Assembly (NCBI RefSeq): GCF_041956535.1
Contig: NW_027192219.1
Span: forward strand, 299,866 to 363,865
Length of the DNA stretch: 64,000 bases
DNA from: Calcarisporiella thermophila CBS 279.70
Lineage: Eukaryota > Fungi > Calcarisporiellomycota
Direction: 5' to 3'
A program made the position numbers and the translations under genes. The notes below the pieces were generated by a model that was given only the letters and a program-made list of their open reading frames with translations, had not been told where the DNA came from and made no database searches. Positions 63,318-64,000 of this stretch are shown here, one piece after another (position 1 is the stretch's first letter; each line of letters opens with the position of its first letter).

Positions 63318-63591
63318 CCCTATAGGAAGTCACATAGGGAAAAAGTAGGGAAAACATAGGGGAATAATGTGGAAAACACAGGGAACACCTCATTTTCCGT
63401 ATGATTTCCTGAGATTTGCTATAATTTTTAATGATTTTTATATGGATTTTTTATATGGGTAAGGACTTGGAATTTATAGAAAAATTAAAGGAAATATAAG
63501 GAAATGGTAAGGAAATTATAGGGAAAGTGAGGTATTGCGCATAGTTCCATATTATTTCCCTATGTTTTCCCTATGCCCACTTCTTATAGGG
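63318..63591 (-). mobile_element. MITE copy 2 (274 bp), inverted relative to copy 1
   Basis: Reverse complement of copy 1; the only difference noticed is a 1-nt indel (GGAACTCATGCG vs GGAACTATGCG). Confidence 0.85.
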
Positions 63592-64000
63592 CGGGGCCAA
63601 TTCACAGAGCAACCCTCAATGCACATTATCTTATTTTTCAGATTTAATGGGCAGTTTTCATGCTTGGAGTGAGGGCTCCATTTAAAGCTAGAGAGCCTGT
63701 AAGAGGATACGTTCCATTATGGATATGCTCATAGCCCCACGACGATCTTTATGCAACACTATCTATGTCTTCACTGTTTCTTACTCTTTTGTTTCATAGC
63801 CACTTAGCTAAGCCATTAGCCACTGCATTATTCTTTTAACCTTTTAGCTTATAAATATGTACTATTTTCCTTAGTTTATTTTAATAACAATAACCATAGT
63901 TTTTCCTCCTTAATTTTCCACTGAACACTGACACATCGACTCCAGTTACAGAGCCAGTAGAGGCTGATTGAGAGGAAGATAATTCTTACTTAAGCCTAGC

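Overview
Intron-rich eukaryotic DNA. The GT-AG introns are short (about 55-120 nt) with CTAAC-type branch points, and the gene content looks fungal, most consistent with an early-diverging lineage such as Mucoromycota (taxonomy inferred). Bases ~400-3400 look like a heavily decayed Ty3/Gypsy relic. Bases ~4-50 kb are a gene-dense core block: a histone-fold protein, a Ran1/Ksp1-like kinase, a Crz1-like C2H2 factor, a Fungal_trans-domain protein, a membrane-anchored alpha-SNAP-like fusion, a TM-SH3 protein, an ANKRD13-like gene, a coiled-coil gene, several secreted or GPI proteins, UTP20, KOG1/Raptor and a DJ-1/Hsp31 gene. From ~50.2 kb the sequence becomes AT-rich and accessory-like. The main finding is there: separate ORF-track fragments join, through two spliceosomal introns and three in-frame TAA stops, into one ~1024-codon AEP(PrimPol)-Zn-ribbon-D5/SF3 primase-helicase gene. 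This architecture is typical of large DNA viruses and Polinton-like mobile elements, so it appears to be an intronised, now decaying, viral-type replication gene. The same region holds an 8-Cys secreted protein, a secreted protein with a silk-like (GGPFGPGGR)n tail spanning an assembly gap, and two inverted MITE copies whose 3-bp target-site duplications are reciprocally swapped, which records a 361-bp inversion. All family assignments come from motif recognition by eye; no searches were run.
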